64,000 bases of DNA, taken from the NCBI GenBank assembly GCA_045837725.1, contig JBEWZL010000179.1, positions 62,001-126,000 of the forward strand, read 5' to 3'. Numbering within the stretch: the first letter of the stretch is position 1; the number at the start of each line of letters is the position of its first letter. This document shows, piece by piece, positions 1 to 13,904 of the stretch. A program made the position numbers and the translations under genes. The notes under the pieces were generated by a model. It did not search any database and had not been told where the DNA came from. It was given only the letters and a program-made list of their open reading frames with translations. The stretch is from Vermamoeba vermiformis (lineage: Eukaryota).

Positions 1-2329
1 ATTTTGCACGGCAGCGAGCTCGTCGAGTTGGATTTGTACGTTTTTGGCGGCAAAGCTGGTGCTACTCATTTGAATGATTTGGTCATCGTTGACTTGCGTA
101 AGTAATGAGAATTTTGCATGAATTCAGCCTTTCTCACCGGTGGTGTAGGTCCTTTAATCTTCGAAGAAACAGCAACTCAGCCGACCCGTGCTTACGAGCC
201 CACGCGTACTACTGAGCCTAACCCCACGCCAACACCCGCGTCACCTAAGGCAGATACATTGGAGGGCTTTATGGAAGAACTCAAGCGACACGCAAAGCTG
301 TCAAGCGCAAAGCGCACTGACGCTGAGAAGTTGATCGAAAATATTCGCAGCAAGACCCGCGAAGAAGCTAAGCATGCCGTATTGAACATTGTAAGTTCAA
401 TTAGTGAGTAGATTAATCGATTTGGCTCATCTTTATTGTCAGGACACGAAGTCGATTTTGATCAGCAGTGACTTGGAAAAGCAATTGAGTGAGCGCAAGA
501 GAAAGTTGGAAACGTATATTTCTGACTTGCAAGTCCAATTGAACGGATACTACACCACGCAAAGTAACATCGACAGCTTCAAAGAGAAGATTCGTGCCGT
601 TGAAGAGCTGCTCGAACAACTCCGTGCCAAGTCGAAGAAGATCGACCACTTGATGAAAGAATTGGCTGCTCGCGGCAACGAGCTCGAGCAGAGCATGAAG
701 GACTACAGATCCACTGAAACTCAAGTCAATTCCGCCTACATTAAGATCACCAACTACGAGCAACTGGAATCTCACGCCCTCGCTAAGGAGTTGGACGCAT
801 TGAGAGCAAAGCTCACTGCCGTGAAGAGCAACATTGAAATCACGAAGCGAGACCTCGATAAAGCGTCACGTGATCATCGTGATACCTTGTTGAGCATTAA
901 AAACTTGAAGCAAGATGTGGAGACTTATCCCAAGGAGATCGAAAACTTGAGAAAAGTAAGCCATGCCTCTAACTAATTGATAAGACGTCTAACCTATTGT
1001 CGATAGACTAAGGCTACCCTCGAAGCTAGAATCAAAGAGTTAGAAGCTAAGATTGAAGAACAGACCAAGATTGTTACTGCTCAAACTGAGACCGTTAGAC
1101 GTGCTGAGAACGATCTAGAAAAGCTTCGCAAGAAAGAATCGGCATTCCAAGTAAGTCTCAATAGCTATAAGAGTATTATATTAACCTGGTTCTAGAATTT
1201 CTTGACCGTGGCTGAGCAACAGAAACAAAACAGCAAATTGTTGTTGGATGCGTTGGAGTCCGTTACATCTTTGTCCAAGACCGCTGAAAAATTAATGAAC
1301 GAATTGTCCGATGACGCAGATGAAGACTTGGATAATGAAGAGTTGGACGGAGATCTGATGGCTTTGAAGGAGACCCAAGAAAAGATCGAAAAATTCAAGG
1401 CCAAGTTCAACGAGCAATTGTCGACCAAGAGAAGTCAAATCAACACTCGTTTGAACGATGCTAGAGCGAAGTTGAATGCTGCCACGGAAATCAAAGAGAC
1501 TTTGAAAAGAGAATTAGAGGCTTTGTTGACTCAATTAGAGAACGTCAATCAAGAGCTGAATTCAAAGGTACATATTTTATAGTACCGCTATATTAATCTA
1601 ATATTGTCTTAGGAGTCTCGTTTGGCTTCATTCTCGGCTGAAGAAGAGCAGTTGAAATCTCGCGCCGAGATTTTCTTGAAGAACGAGAACAAGATCAAGT
1701 CCAGCTTCGAACAGTTGTTGGGTGAAGAGGCTCAAATTGATAAGCGCATCAAGGAGGTTACGGAGAATATACAAAACTCCGATAATGAAGTCATTCAAGC
1801 CAAGTAAGTACTGGATCCGCATGAGGGTTTATACTGTTCCAAATTATATGGAATTATACCAAGTATTCGAATATTAAGCATGATGTTAATCGCAATCTAT
1901 AGGAAAACGCTCGAGAAGCTCAGATCTGAATGGAAATCTCTCGTTACACGCATTGAAAAGAGCCTTGAAAATGCGGACAAAGCTTACCGTGAGTTCCTTA
2001 TTGAAGACGAGCATATTCAACGCCTAGAAAAGACTATTCAGTTCCATTGGAACCAACTTCAACAACTTAAGAAGGACATCCACGAAGCGGCTGTTACGTT
2101 AAGTTCTTCACCAGAAGCTCAATTAGGCCCGTTCGAACAAGCTTTTGCGCAATTTAAGGCTGCTTTAATTAAAGTAGCAAAGGAGAGTGACAGTGAGGAA
2201 CAAAAGCAACAAGTTTTGAACCAGATCCGCTCTTTGACCAACTCGTTTGCTGAAAATAAGAAAAAACCAGCTGAAGGCTCAAAAAATAACGATAAACCAG
2301 CTAATAATGATAACAAACAGAACGAATAA
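1..2329 (+). CDS. Kelch-repeat plus long coiled-coil protein (5'-partial, multi-exon)
   Basis: The first exon reads DLYVFGGKAGATHLNDLVIVDL (kelch repeat) before a GTAAGT donor at 98. Later exons (ORF fragments 404-976, 1202-1582, 1622-1807, 1880-2329) are E/K/L-rich heptad coiled coil, joined by short GT-AG introns. Stop TAA at 2327-2329. Confidence 0.8.
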
Positions 2330-2548
2330 ATCCAACTTAAGGCATTTCAGACTCAATAAAAGCAAACGAATAAGCTTTTAAGCGGTCTTATTCAATATAG
2401 GCTATACAACAAACCAAACTTATTATACCCGCGAGTTGGCTTACTAAGGCCCTTACTGACCACAACAAAAATAAAAGTTGGAGAATTTATACAATTTCTA
2501 TTTTGGATCCAATGCAGAACGAGAACACGTCTCACCAGCAAATTATAG

Positions 2549-3740
2549 ATGGGCAATAATAACAACTCACAGCGGTTATCATATGTAAGCTAGTTGGCGA
2601 ATTTAACGAGCAAAGAAAAGTCAAAGCAAACTTTCGATTTTTATTTGAAACAATTAGACTCGTGTTTAAAATATATGGTCACGTAATATTATTAATTGAT
2701 TTTTTATTTTATCAGTATAATAATTTTTATCTTACAGCGCATTGGTCCAGTAGACAAGTATACTATTCCTAAAAGTCTCGTTCCAGAACTCCCTGTCGAA
2801 ATATGGTGCCATATTCTTGGATATCTTGACTTAAAATCACTTCAACTATGCAACAAAACCCGAATAATATCACCATTAATCAAATCAATTTTGGATTCGC
2901 TCGTCAAACAACAAGATATCACGTACAAACTCAAACAGGAGCTCATAAATAAGGCTGCTGCCGAAAATAACCTCGAAAAGGTCAAATACTTGGAAAAAAT
3001 GGGCTGCAAGATTGACTACACCGTTTTGGATAGTGCGATCGACTCCGGATCTTGTTCGCTGCAACTCGCTGAGTATTGCTGTCAATACTTGATTGTCAGC
3101 AGATACCTCCACAAGGCTGCTATGGTAAACTTCGAGCTACTTAAGCTGTTGAAAAGCCATTCAGACAGCTGGGGCTGGAATCAGTACTCGATCCCTTCAT
3201 ACTACGCCAGCAAAGGAGACCTTGACAAATTGAAGTGGGTTCACGAACAAAAATGCGAGTGGAACGAAAGTACCCTGCGTATAGCGGTATCAGCTGGTCA
3301 TTTGCACATCGTCAAGTACTGCTACGAGAACAATTGTCCCGGCGTGCACAACTCAGATCTCGGATTCTACGCGGCACTGCACGGCCACCTTCACGTCCTA
3401 CAATACTTGCACGAGAAAGGAGTTGCCTGGGGCGAGACACTGAGCGGTGCTGCGGAGAGTGGTCGACTCGACATTATGAAATGGGCCGTGGACAATGGTT
3501 GTCCGACCAATCACCGCCGAGTCTGTTACAACGCTGCTGCTCGTGGTTCATTGCCTTGCTTGAAATACGCACATGAAGTTGGATGTAAGGACAACGCTAT
3601 TAGTTCTGCAAAAAGAGGCATACTAAATTTTATTAGGTCCGTGGAACAATGGCGTGCTGACCATAGCTTTGTTGAAGAAACATATGGACTGCGTTGAATA
3701 TGCTCGAGCTCACGGGCTCGTTGAAGATGATAAGGATTAA
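2549..3740 (+). CDS. F-box plus ankyrin-repeat protein (GCPW-type repeats)
   Basis: Exon 1 (2549-2584, MGNNNNSQRLSY) splices in phase to RIGP at 2738. F-box ELPVEIWCHILGYLD is followed by repeats such as AALHGHLHVLQYLHEKGVAW. An intron at ~3585-3636 restores GCPWNNGVLTIALLKKHMDCVEYARAHG...DKD*. Confidence 0.8.
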
Positions 3741-3820
3741 TATCTAATAGAGTTAATACGCCAAAGTACGAGTTCTTAGATGACCAACAAAATGCACCCG
3801 AAAGGTTTCCTAACATCAAG
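3191..3820 (+). repeat. ~630-bp segment duplicated in inverted orientation at 12645-13282
   Basis: Near-identical coding sequence, a shared intron and a similar 3' UTR (e.g. caaaatgcacccgaaag, cctaacatcaag) on the opposite strand. Confidence 0.9.
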
Positions 3821-4676
3821 CGAGGAAAAATTGAAATGTCCAACAACTGCATCGCATTATTTTAGTCTCAAGGAAAATGCTCTTCATACGGTAAGCTGCA
3901 TTTCTTATTTAATGTTATAGCTGCAAAAAGATGCTCGTGCATCTCCTAGATCCAGCTTTTTTTCGTGAATTACTTCAAGCTAACCATACAAAAATTATAT
4001 AAATAGGCAGCTACACGGCCAAATCATGTTTGGCGTTGTTATTGTCATATGGAGTTCACGAGCACGTACTCTACTACTACTGAATGAGCACGTAACGGGA
4101 CCTCACCTCTGCACGCGGCAATGGATGGCCAAGGTATTTTTTCACGAATATAATCATGATATTAACAGTACTATCTTAATCTAAGCATGCAAAGGTTCTT
4201 AAACCTGCTTTAATTTAGATCCGTAATTAAAATTGATCTACGGAGAAAATCGATTTAAAATTTTCAAACCAAAGCAATTCTAATCATAGACCGATCTTCT
4301 AGAGTGTTGTCAATTGCTAGCAAACTTACAAACTGGCGCAAATCCATCACTGGAGGATTTTTTCGGTTAAACAAACGTTCAGAGCGAAGCGGTACGATCT
4401 GATGTACATTCATTGCCATTGCGAGAAACATCACTTCAATTGCCATTGCGTTTCTGTTGTTAGTCACAATGGGACGATCAAAGCACAACGGAAACGAGCT
4501 CCGAACAAACAGCACTCCGACAGAATTGGCAGTAACCTTGTGTGATGCACCACAAATCCCCGTATCGTGCAACTGAATCAATTCAATTTAATAGCAGGTA
4601 AACCAAGACATTAGATTTATATAAAAATTAATTTTTGCGGCAGGAGCGAATCCGGTTGTCTAGTCTTTTCCTCGTC

Positions 4677-7600
4677 ATGCGCCCATATCTAGTGATTCTG
4701 TTGCTAATATTCGTGGCATGGGATGCAAGTGGTGATCTAATAACGAAGCGAGCCCAATTATCATCAAAACGTGACGCAGTTGGCGGCATCCAAGTTGCAG
4801 ATCAATTTTATTTTGCTGGTGGCCTTGAACTCAATGACTATATTCCCACAAATATCGTCGAAATATACAATATAACGTCAGGAGAATGGGAAGAGCCGAT
4901 TTACTTGGAAGAGCCTCGTGGATTCATCTCCACAGCTGTCATTGGTCAAAATATTTATTTTATTGGCGGATTTCGGTTCTCTAATTCCTGTGCAATGCTG
5001 TACAACTCTGATTTGCATCAATATGAAGACATTGGATGTGGGCCAACAGTTCGACAAGCAATCGAAATATCGAATCACAATTCCACGGTGACGGTTCTTG
5101 GCGCGTTCTCCGCTGACTTCTACAATATCACCTCAATGCAGTGGTACTACCGGCCAAAGCTCACAACATGGATGCAGAGCATGAGTGGCGGAGCAGTACT
5201 GGTTCACGAAAACTTGGTCATTGGCATCGGAGGTGTCAACGCAACGACGTTCAAACAGATCTATGACGCGTGGATCTACGACACTTATACAGATGAACTG
5301 ACAGTATTCAGCAACGCTACAACAGCAGATATTATGCTTTCATCTTCGGACTTCTCTGTAGCTCACGGCCGTATCGTCGTCAACGTTACAAACTGGTACT
5401 TTGTGCACGAGTTTGGTACGACAGATTGGCACGAAGGTTTTATGCCGAATATTTCAAATGTAGCAATCCTCCCCGACGCCATATACTTGTTCAATGCAAC
5501 TGGTTTCACCCTTTACGACTGGAGTTCTATGGAGTCAAGATTCTTAGTTGGATCCGTCGTAAACGTATTCGTTTTCGAGAACCAATTAGTGATGGAACAA
5601 GGAAATATCCTGCTCATCTATGAATCAGCGCAGTTGAAGACAATTAACCTTGCTTCTTCGATCCGATCCGCGGTTCGGTTTGGTCAGGCAGGAGACAAGT
5701 ACGTGTTCTACACCAGCAGCAGTCAACTTCGTCTCTACGATTCACAAACAAAGAGCATATCAGATTTGTCTCTAGTCGTAGTAGATGTCAAGTGGATGAT
5801 CCCTTTTGACGACACAACATTGGTTCTCTTCACGGCAAGCACCGCAACCATCTACTACTTGAACAACGACACGAGCATTGTGCAACCAACATCTATGACG
5901 TACTCAGGGCAACTCATCGGTACTGATATAGTCAGCGTCAACGATTGGAAAGTGTGGATCAATCTAGGCGAAACAAGAGCGTTGAACCTCACTTTTTTTG
6001 CTGCTAAACTCATTGACAACACGGCGATTTTTGGACAGACTGGTCAAAATTATTTTTACATGGACGTATTTAACTACGTGACGAGAGAATGGCAGCCAAG
6101 AATACCAATGGACTCTAACACCAGCGGCTTGTATTCACCGGTAGTCGTGATTGACGACTTGATTACCGTGGGCAAGAGACGTTGGACTTTTCGATATAAT
6201 GTCACGAGCGGAGAGTCATCTACAACGCCGTTTCTTGCAAGATCATGGCCTGTGAGTCGAGTAGTCAACACTGTGCCCGTTGTGAAGCACACAGGTTACC
6301 TCCCAGGCACATCTTCGTCCATGATTATCTATGTCAACTCAACGACAGAGACTTATTCCGATGACTTGCAGCTCGGTGGCATCCCAGTACAATTCGTTAC
6401 CAGCAACGACAACGTCATTTATATGACAGTAGCTGATGGACTTTACTACAGCCTACACACATATGATATAGCGAATGACTTGCTGGATACGCTAATCTTG
6501 CCACAACCACAAGACTCCGTGTCAATAGCGATATTCAATGACACGTTGATTGCCTTAGGAAGCGATGGAAATGCTTATGGCTTATTACGAAGCGACAAAT
6601 CAACGTGGTACAAAGTTCCGGTGCAAAACAATTTTGTACGGCCAATCGCGGCCATGATGAAAGACGGCACAATGATGGTAGCGGCAGGAAAGCACATTAG
6701 CATTAACACTTATACGGACGAGTTACTCTTCATCAATGCATCGGCTGTCATCGAGTTGGGCACTAAGATATCTATTAGTCAACCTATTACCGACGCAACA
6801 CCTAGTACGCCGGACGCCAACCCGAACCAACAGAGTGGATTGACACAAGGAGAGCTCGCAGCAGCAATTGTAGTGCCTGTCGTCGTTGTCATTGGAGGTG
6901 TCATAGCACTCATAGTCCTATTGATCAAGAGAAGGCGCAGCAACATAAAGAAAGGCTCATCAAACACTGTTGGTCTCGAGGCACGGTACGGAGCATGGTT
7001 CACTCCGTTCAATCAGATCACTTTCGGAGAGCAGCTCGGTCAAGGAGCATCAGGTCAAGTGTTCAAAGGCACTTGGAAGAACACAACTGTTGCACTCAAA
7101 GTGAGCATGACTCAAGCAAACAACTCAGTCATCGCTGAACTCGAACTCATGATGCAACTCAGGCCTCATCCAAATGTCGTTCAATTGCTTGGTTTCAGCG
7201 TGCATCCAGAGACAGACAGCATCATTCTGATCATCGAGTTCTGTGAAGGTGGATCGCTCGACGCCAAGTTGTACAACGAAACTGTCGCGATTTCATTCAG
7301 CGACCAAGTTCAATGGCTTGTTGGTGTTGCGAAAGGACTCAGTCACTTGCATTCGAACAACATTGTGCACAGAGATGTTGCCGCGAGAAATGTTCTGCTT
7401 GATAGAAACGAACCAAAGCTGACTGACTTTGGCATGTCACGACTCGTTGATGAACAGAAACAACACGGAACAACAAAGTCAGAACTTGGACCAATCAGAT
7501 GGATGTCACCAGAGTCGTTGAGGAACAGAGAGTACTCCACCAAGTCAGGTAAAGCGTAGCTCATCTTGACCCCATTTCACATTCAATAACCTGTTCGTTC

Positions 7601-7841
7601 AGACGTTTGGTCATTTGGTATTCTGATGTATGAAGTGATTGCACGACAAGAGCCGCACAGCGAAGCAGATCCGATCGAGATTGGTCGACTGATCAGAGAC
7701 TCAGGTTTGACACCTGTCATTCCATCGTCGTGTCCTTCTCAACTCGCCGATGTCATGAAACAATGCTGGCAGATGTCGCCACAGTCAAGACCAACTATAG
7801 AGGCCATCATTCCATCATTGGAGGCAGTACGGATATCATAG
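4677..7841 (+). CDS. Receptor tyrosine kinase-like protein: signal peptide, kelch-like ectodomain, one TM helix, kinase domain
   Basis: Signal MRPYLVILLLIFVAWDASG. Kelch-like FYFAGG...VEIYNITSGEW and IYFIGG. TM LAAAIVVPVVVVIGGVIALIVLLI followed by KRRR. Kinase motifs GQGASG, VALK, HRDVAARN, DFG, GPIRWMSPE. Intron 7549-7602 restores KSDVWSFG. Confidence 0.9.
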
Positions 7842-7908
7842 CTTCAATAGGGGCGATTAAAATACACATATTGGCACATCCACAGCTTTTATTCACTTGC
7901 ATGTTTAA

Positions 7909-10431
7909 TCATAATATCTCAACAATTGAGACATTAAACACCGATTGAGGAGGCAATCTTATTTGAATTTCACTGGTTTTGAAAATGTTCTTGTAGAATC
8001 TGTAGATGGTGTAGATGAACTTGGACACAAAGTTTTGTGGTGCAATGAAAATAGTCTCATCTTCTGTCCAGATCGTGATGTGATTATCTTGTGGCAAACC
8101 TTGATCATAGCACTGTTGAAGTAAAGTCGACATTCTCAGCTTTGTTTGCATGTAACCAAGACTTTTTAAAAGTTTTGTTAGTCACACTGTGAAACAGATG
8201 TTAACAAAAAAAAAAGCTTACTTGACTTTCACTCGAAAGAGTCTGGGGGAGTATTCTTTTATCGTGACCATCTTATTGTCTTCCACAAATGGCTTTTTCT
8301 CCAATTTCAAGTTCATTAAGATGATGACTTGAGGTAGGACTGAGATAGTTTTTGCAACTTCCATCAGTGATCTGTAACATTGACAAGGTTAAACATTTGT
8401 TGAGGAGATTTTGTTTTTGTACCTTGGAACGCCCTTGCGGCTAGACGTGAAGAAAATTCCAGTGCCCTCCAGCTTGCCAAGATTTCGAATTGTGATTAGT
8501 TCCCCAGCTGAGCTTGAAGAATGGCCATCAAAGTTGGGACTTTCTTTTGATAATCTTCTGACTTGTGCATTCCATGTTAGATCAGTTTTTACAGTTAATA
8601 CATCCTTGGCCAAAACTTCTTGGAGTTGTTTCCCAGATATCTTCTCAATTGTTTGTTGGAATTTTGCTCGTTTCTTCTCACCCAGGTACCAAATGAGCAT
8701 GGTAAGGAACCAAAATGTTGCAAAGATAAGGGAGACGTAGCCACCAGTAGGAATCTTGGTGTAGTTTGCAGCCAAGAAGAAGCTGTCAATAGACAAGAAC
8801 ACCACGCCAAAGAGAACTGACAGAATCCAATGCTTGTGCCACACACGATGAATGACAAATGCATAAACTATGTAAAAATATTTGTTAGATTTGCAGGTTT
8901 TGGCAAGAGTTAATCACTTACGAACAGTAGTTAATACCATCACTGAACATACTGTCACACCATAAGCGTGGGTAATGGTAGAAGCAGTGCCAAAGCCAGC
9001 AACAATAGCAATGGTAAGTATCATCAAGATCCAGTTAATCTCAGGAAGGTAGACCTGGCCGTAGACTTTTTTAGACTTGTGCGCAATAGTCACCATAGGG
9101 AAGAAGTTCAACATGATGGCTTGAGAGACCAATGAGTATGTGCCAGTGATCATTGCTTGTGAAGCGATGATAGTGGCCAGAAGAGATAGGACAAAGAGGA
9201 GCCAAAAGGCTTGTGTTGGGACAGACTAAAAAGAGAGTAATGAATAAGAATCAGGAAACAAATAACCTTACGTTGAAGAAGGGATTCGAAACACCTGAAG
9301 GATTGTTCAACAGATAAGCACCTTGGCCGATGTAATTCAACGCGAGGGCAGGGAAAGCAAAGCCTAACCACGAGAGACGAATAGGATTGGCCGAGAAATG
9401 ACCCAGATCTGCGTACATGGCCTCAAGACCAGTGACTGCTAAGAACACTGAGCCAAGGCTGATAAAGCCGTTGTAACCGTACTGGATGATAAATTGTACT
9501 CCCGCTCCTAGCCGACCGTTACGTCAGTATGAATGAATAACTGGTAGTGATAGTGGTACCTGGATTCAAGGCGGCAAAGATACGAGGTGCAAAAATGATG
9601 TTGTAGATGCCAACGGCAAGAATGGCCAAGAACCACAAAACAATGATCGGAGAGAAAGCGTAACCAACTTTAGTCGTTCCAAATCGTTGGAAGAAGAAGA
9701 GCAGAATGACAATGACTATAGTAATAGGCACTACGTATGGAGTAAAATCCGATTTTACGATCAAAATCCCTGTTCGGAAAACTACGATTAGAAGCGATCG
9801 AGAAATGATCCAGAACATACCCTCAATGGACGATAGAATAGACACTGCCGGGGTTAGTGCGCCATCTCCCATAACAAAGGCAGCGCCAAGCATGCTGAAT
9901 ATGGCTAGTGTAGCTCGGGCTCGCTTGCCGAAATTACCTTTGGAGCGAAGCAAAGCGTACATTGCAAAAGTTCCTCCCTCGCCATGATTATCGGCCATAA
10001 GAATGAAAACGACATATTTGATGCATACTAGGATGATCAAAGTCCAGATAATGAGGCTGACGGCGCCCATGGTGTCAGATTCGCTCGGATTGTTAATGTT
10101 GCCATTTGAATCGGTCCCCAAAGCGTCGGACAGGACACTATTTAGAACGTACCTATGAATGGAGTGTCAGTAAAAATTGAATCTAGTGTCGAATTCTAAT
10201 TTTATGAATAAAGTTGTTATACGGATAAATTTATCCTTTAATTTCCGACATCATGAGCTAGTTCCAAAAATGATTGATTTCTTACAAAGGACTAGTTCCA
10301 ATATCTCCATAGATGACGCCCAGTGAAGTAAAAGAAAGTTGCCAAAAGAGGAGCCTCGAGATCTTATCCTGGTTTCCGCCGATTTCCTTCGATTTGGCGA
10401 GACGCACATTATAGCTTAGCGTAGAAAACAT
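7909..10431 (-). CDS. KUP/HAK/KT family potassium transporter (multi-exon)
   Basis: Spliced [75 protein letters not shown]. Confidence 0.95.
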
Positions 10432-10985
10432 TTGAAGCTAGCACTATCTTGGTGTTGACACGACGATCGATGAGAGACACTAAACAAAGAGCGTCCTTTT
10501 GAACCGGAAAAAAGGAAATTACCCGAGCAAATTTCATCGGGTTTATATTCAACAAGGTCATGAAAAGTGACTTCGAGAGGGAATACAATTTGCACGATCC
10601 TATTACGGATGGGAGTTTAGTTCTCCAAGACCAAACCCGGCAAAATAAACGAAAAAACTTTGAAAACTAATCGTTATTACAATTCATACGAAAAGAAGCC
10701 AAAAAAAGCATTTTTGACGGTGCGGTAACCGAGAGCAAGTATAAAACATCACCATATAACCCACAATAAATGCAAAGTTTCGGCCAAAAGCGATCCTTTC
10801 AGCCTCTAGTGGAATATCGCGAAAAGATAATCAATTAATCACTGAGACTTGTTATTGCTTTATATAATTTGATATGGTGATTCAGGCAGTCATGACTAGA
10901 ATCAAACAAAAAATTCGATTATAAAATTGCAATTTACCATGGCCGGAAGGGGTAAGTATATTGAATTAATTGTAATTATTACGTC

Positions 10986-12425
10986 TTATTTTGTCACTGC
11001 CTCAGGATGAGCTGCTAAAAACACTCGTCCGAGCTTACCAGGAGTAAAAGCTCGAGCAATCGCCTCTTTAAAGTTCTCCAACGGATAGACTGCTTCAACT
11101 GCCGGCATTAATTTCTTCGACACCATCAAGCTAATGAGTTCTTCAGTAATATTCTTGAGTTCAGCGGCAGATTTGCTTCGCATCCACGGCGTTACAACAA
11201 AACCTGCAAAAATTTTCCTTATTAGGTAGGAAGTCACGGAACCAAACGAGCGTTTCTTATTCGTACCTTCAATCTTCAAGCTCTTGCGGCGCAAGTAAAC
11301 AACTGGAACTGGCACGTCAACAATTTTGCTTAACGAGCCAAAAGTCAACAAACGACCATTCATGGCGAGTGTTTTGAGCGCGAAATTAAAAGTAGGACCC
11401 GACACTGCTTCGAAAACTAAATACGAAATGTTGGTAAGCTTGCACAGGCCTAATTATACTGTAATGTACTTACCATAATTAACGCCCTTATTCTGCGTAA
11501 TTGCGTTCACTTCAGCGAGGGCTTCGTCTTCGTCGCATCCGTCAAAAACAACGACGTGAGTGTCAGAGCCATATCGTGCCTTTAATTCTTCAATTTGAGC
11601 TTTGCGACGAACCACATTGATAAGGTTCACATTCTTAACTCTAAAATGACGCGTTAAAAAATGGATTCGGTTTGATATTTCCGTACTTGGCAAGTTCAAT
11701 GACCATTTGACCGAGGACTGATCCAGCACCAGTTTGAAGGATCCAATCACCGGGAGAAGCATTTGCCGTGTCAAATAGACCGTAGGCAGTGTACGGATTA
11801 ACAGCCAGTTGACCGACAGCAGCGTCCGAAAGATCGTCCGGTACTCGAATAACGAAGTTGAAAGGCTGTTTGAGGACCAAATATTCGGACCAAGCACCTG
11901 CGTATGGTAAATAGGTGCCGGCTAGATGACAAATCGCCCGTACATACCTGCATGCGAGAAGAAGGCTACGCGCGTACCGACCGAAAACCCTGTGACACTC
12001 TTGCCAATTGCATGAATGCGTCCAACGCCTGCACAATGAATTGATTAGAGCACTATTATTAGATGAGAAGTGACATTCAAAGCTACTGATATGGATTTCT
12101 TTACAGGCTGGTTCGTTGGTACGAGAATGTCATAAATGTCAAAACTGAGGTTCTTCGAGCATACCTTCACAACCAGGACTGGCAGGGAGATTCGGAGTCG
12201 TAGCAAATGCCAATGGAATTCCTGTTGAACATTGTTAGATCGCATCCATGGTGCACTATGTGCTGTACCTTGAATAACGACAAAATCATACGGATCTATG
12301 GGACTAGCATTTACTTGAATGACTATTTCGTCGTCATTTGGTGTTGGAATGCCGTTGACTGTTTCAAAAGATAGAACTTTGGCGGGATCTCCAAATTGAT
12401 CGAACTTTACTCGATTGTACGACAT
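10986..12425 (-). CDS. MDR-superfamily NADPH oxidoreductase (quinone oxidoreductase / trans-2-enoyl-CoA reductase-like)
   Basis: FDQFGDPAKVL, ASPIDPYD, GAWSEY, NPYTAY, nucleotide-binding QTGAGSVLG, YPLENFKEAI...GRVFL across several exons. Confidence 0.85.
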
Positions 12426-12736
12426 GATGCAATGTTGGTCGTTACCTATACTTTGAAAAATTACTATGGCGATACGTTACTTATATATCTGACTTGTTAC
12501 GGACCTACCGAAATTCTCGGCGAAAATTGCTCCGTTTCCCCGCGGTGGCTGTCTCGGCGAATTAGAGCACTTGCCACATTTGGTAAGTACGGCGAATTAC
12601 AATCTGACGTTCATTTTTGTTCTTATGGACTTAGGAACAAGTGTCTTGATGTTAGGTAAATCTTTCGGGTGCATTTTGGTGGTAATCCAAGAACTCGTGC
12701 TTGGCTCATTAAAAACTATTGCTTTTGATACAGATA

Positions 12737-13294
12737 TTAGTCCTTATCATCTTCAACGAGTCCATGAGTTCGAGCATCTTCAACGCAGTCCATATGTTTC
12801 TTCAACAAAGCTATGGTCAGCACACTATTGTCCCACTGACCTTTGAAATTTTAGGATACTGTCGCAGAACTAATAGCGTTGTCCTTACATCCAACTTCAT
12901 GTGCGTATTTCAAGCAAGGAAATGAACCACGAGCAGCAGCGTTGTAACAGACTCGGCGGTGATTGGTCGGACAACCATTGTTCACGGCCCATTTCATAAT
13001 GTCGAGTCGACCACTCTCCGCAGCACCGCTCAGTGTCTCGCCCCAGGCAACTCCTTTCTCGTGCAAGTATTGTAGGACGTGCAGGTGGGCGTGCAGTGCC
13101 GCGTAGAATCCGAGATCTGAGTTGTGAACGCCGGGACAATTGTTCTCGTAGCAGTACTTGACGATGTGCAAATGACCAGCTGATACTGCTATACGCAGGG
13201 TACTTTCATTCCACTCGCATTTTTGTTCGTGAACCCACTTCAATTTGTCAAGGTCTCCTTTGCTGGCGTAGAATGACGGGATGGCCGCCTGCAC
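12737..13294 (-). pseudogene. 5'-truncated paralog of the F-box/ankyrin gene (ankyrin half only); could be a small functional gene
   Basis: Nearly identical to codons from 3191 onward, with the same intron and a DDKD* end. The F-box half is absent. A possible acceptor (taattag) precedes the homologous block. Confidence 0.6.
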
Positions 13295-13904
13295 CTAATT
13301 AAGGAAGAGCGTCAAAATTAATATTCTGCGAAAAGAAAATCGCATAATATTACGGTCTAATGTATCACCTAACAGCATTACGGCGGGAAAGGCTTCAAAA
13401 TGGTTGATATTTGCCAGGCGGGGTTGGCAATCTAAAATTGCTTTAGACAAAATAGTTACCATAAAGCAAATATATATATTTAATCGAAGGAGAATATAGA
13501 AAAGATCTCAGCTTAATTTATTAAATTTATTGCGTAATTTTCTGTGGGCCGATCGAAAAAAAACTAATATTATTTGCCCGCGCCTTTCACAATACTTACC
13601 CTTGGTTGGTACCAATCGAAGTGTAATTATACAGTATTACATAAACACTAGATTTGCTGGTGATTGATCCCAATTAGTGTTTCTAAACAAGTACATCAGA
13701 ACGGTCAGACCGTTCTTCGCACGTAGTGCACCTCCGTAGACGAATAATATTTACTTAATATCTATTTGTGTTTGCCAAGGGCATTGGCGCATCATTTGTG
13801 TTTGTGTTTTACGCAAGCAAGAAAAAGGAAACGAAAATTTCCTCCCTAATTTAGTTCTTTTGTGAAGGGGCGTATTATTTATTATATTCAATAACACTAA
13901 CACA

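Noticed and set aside
2696-3697. The 333-aa ORF taken as the complete protein
   Set aside because: It starts inside an intron and reads through another. Splicing gives a better repeat (GCPW) and a stop at 3740.
4264-4581. 105-aa minus-strand ORF upstream of the kinase
   Set aside because: Non-ATG start, no recognisable motif and no convincing splice model.
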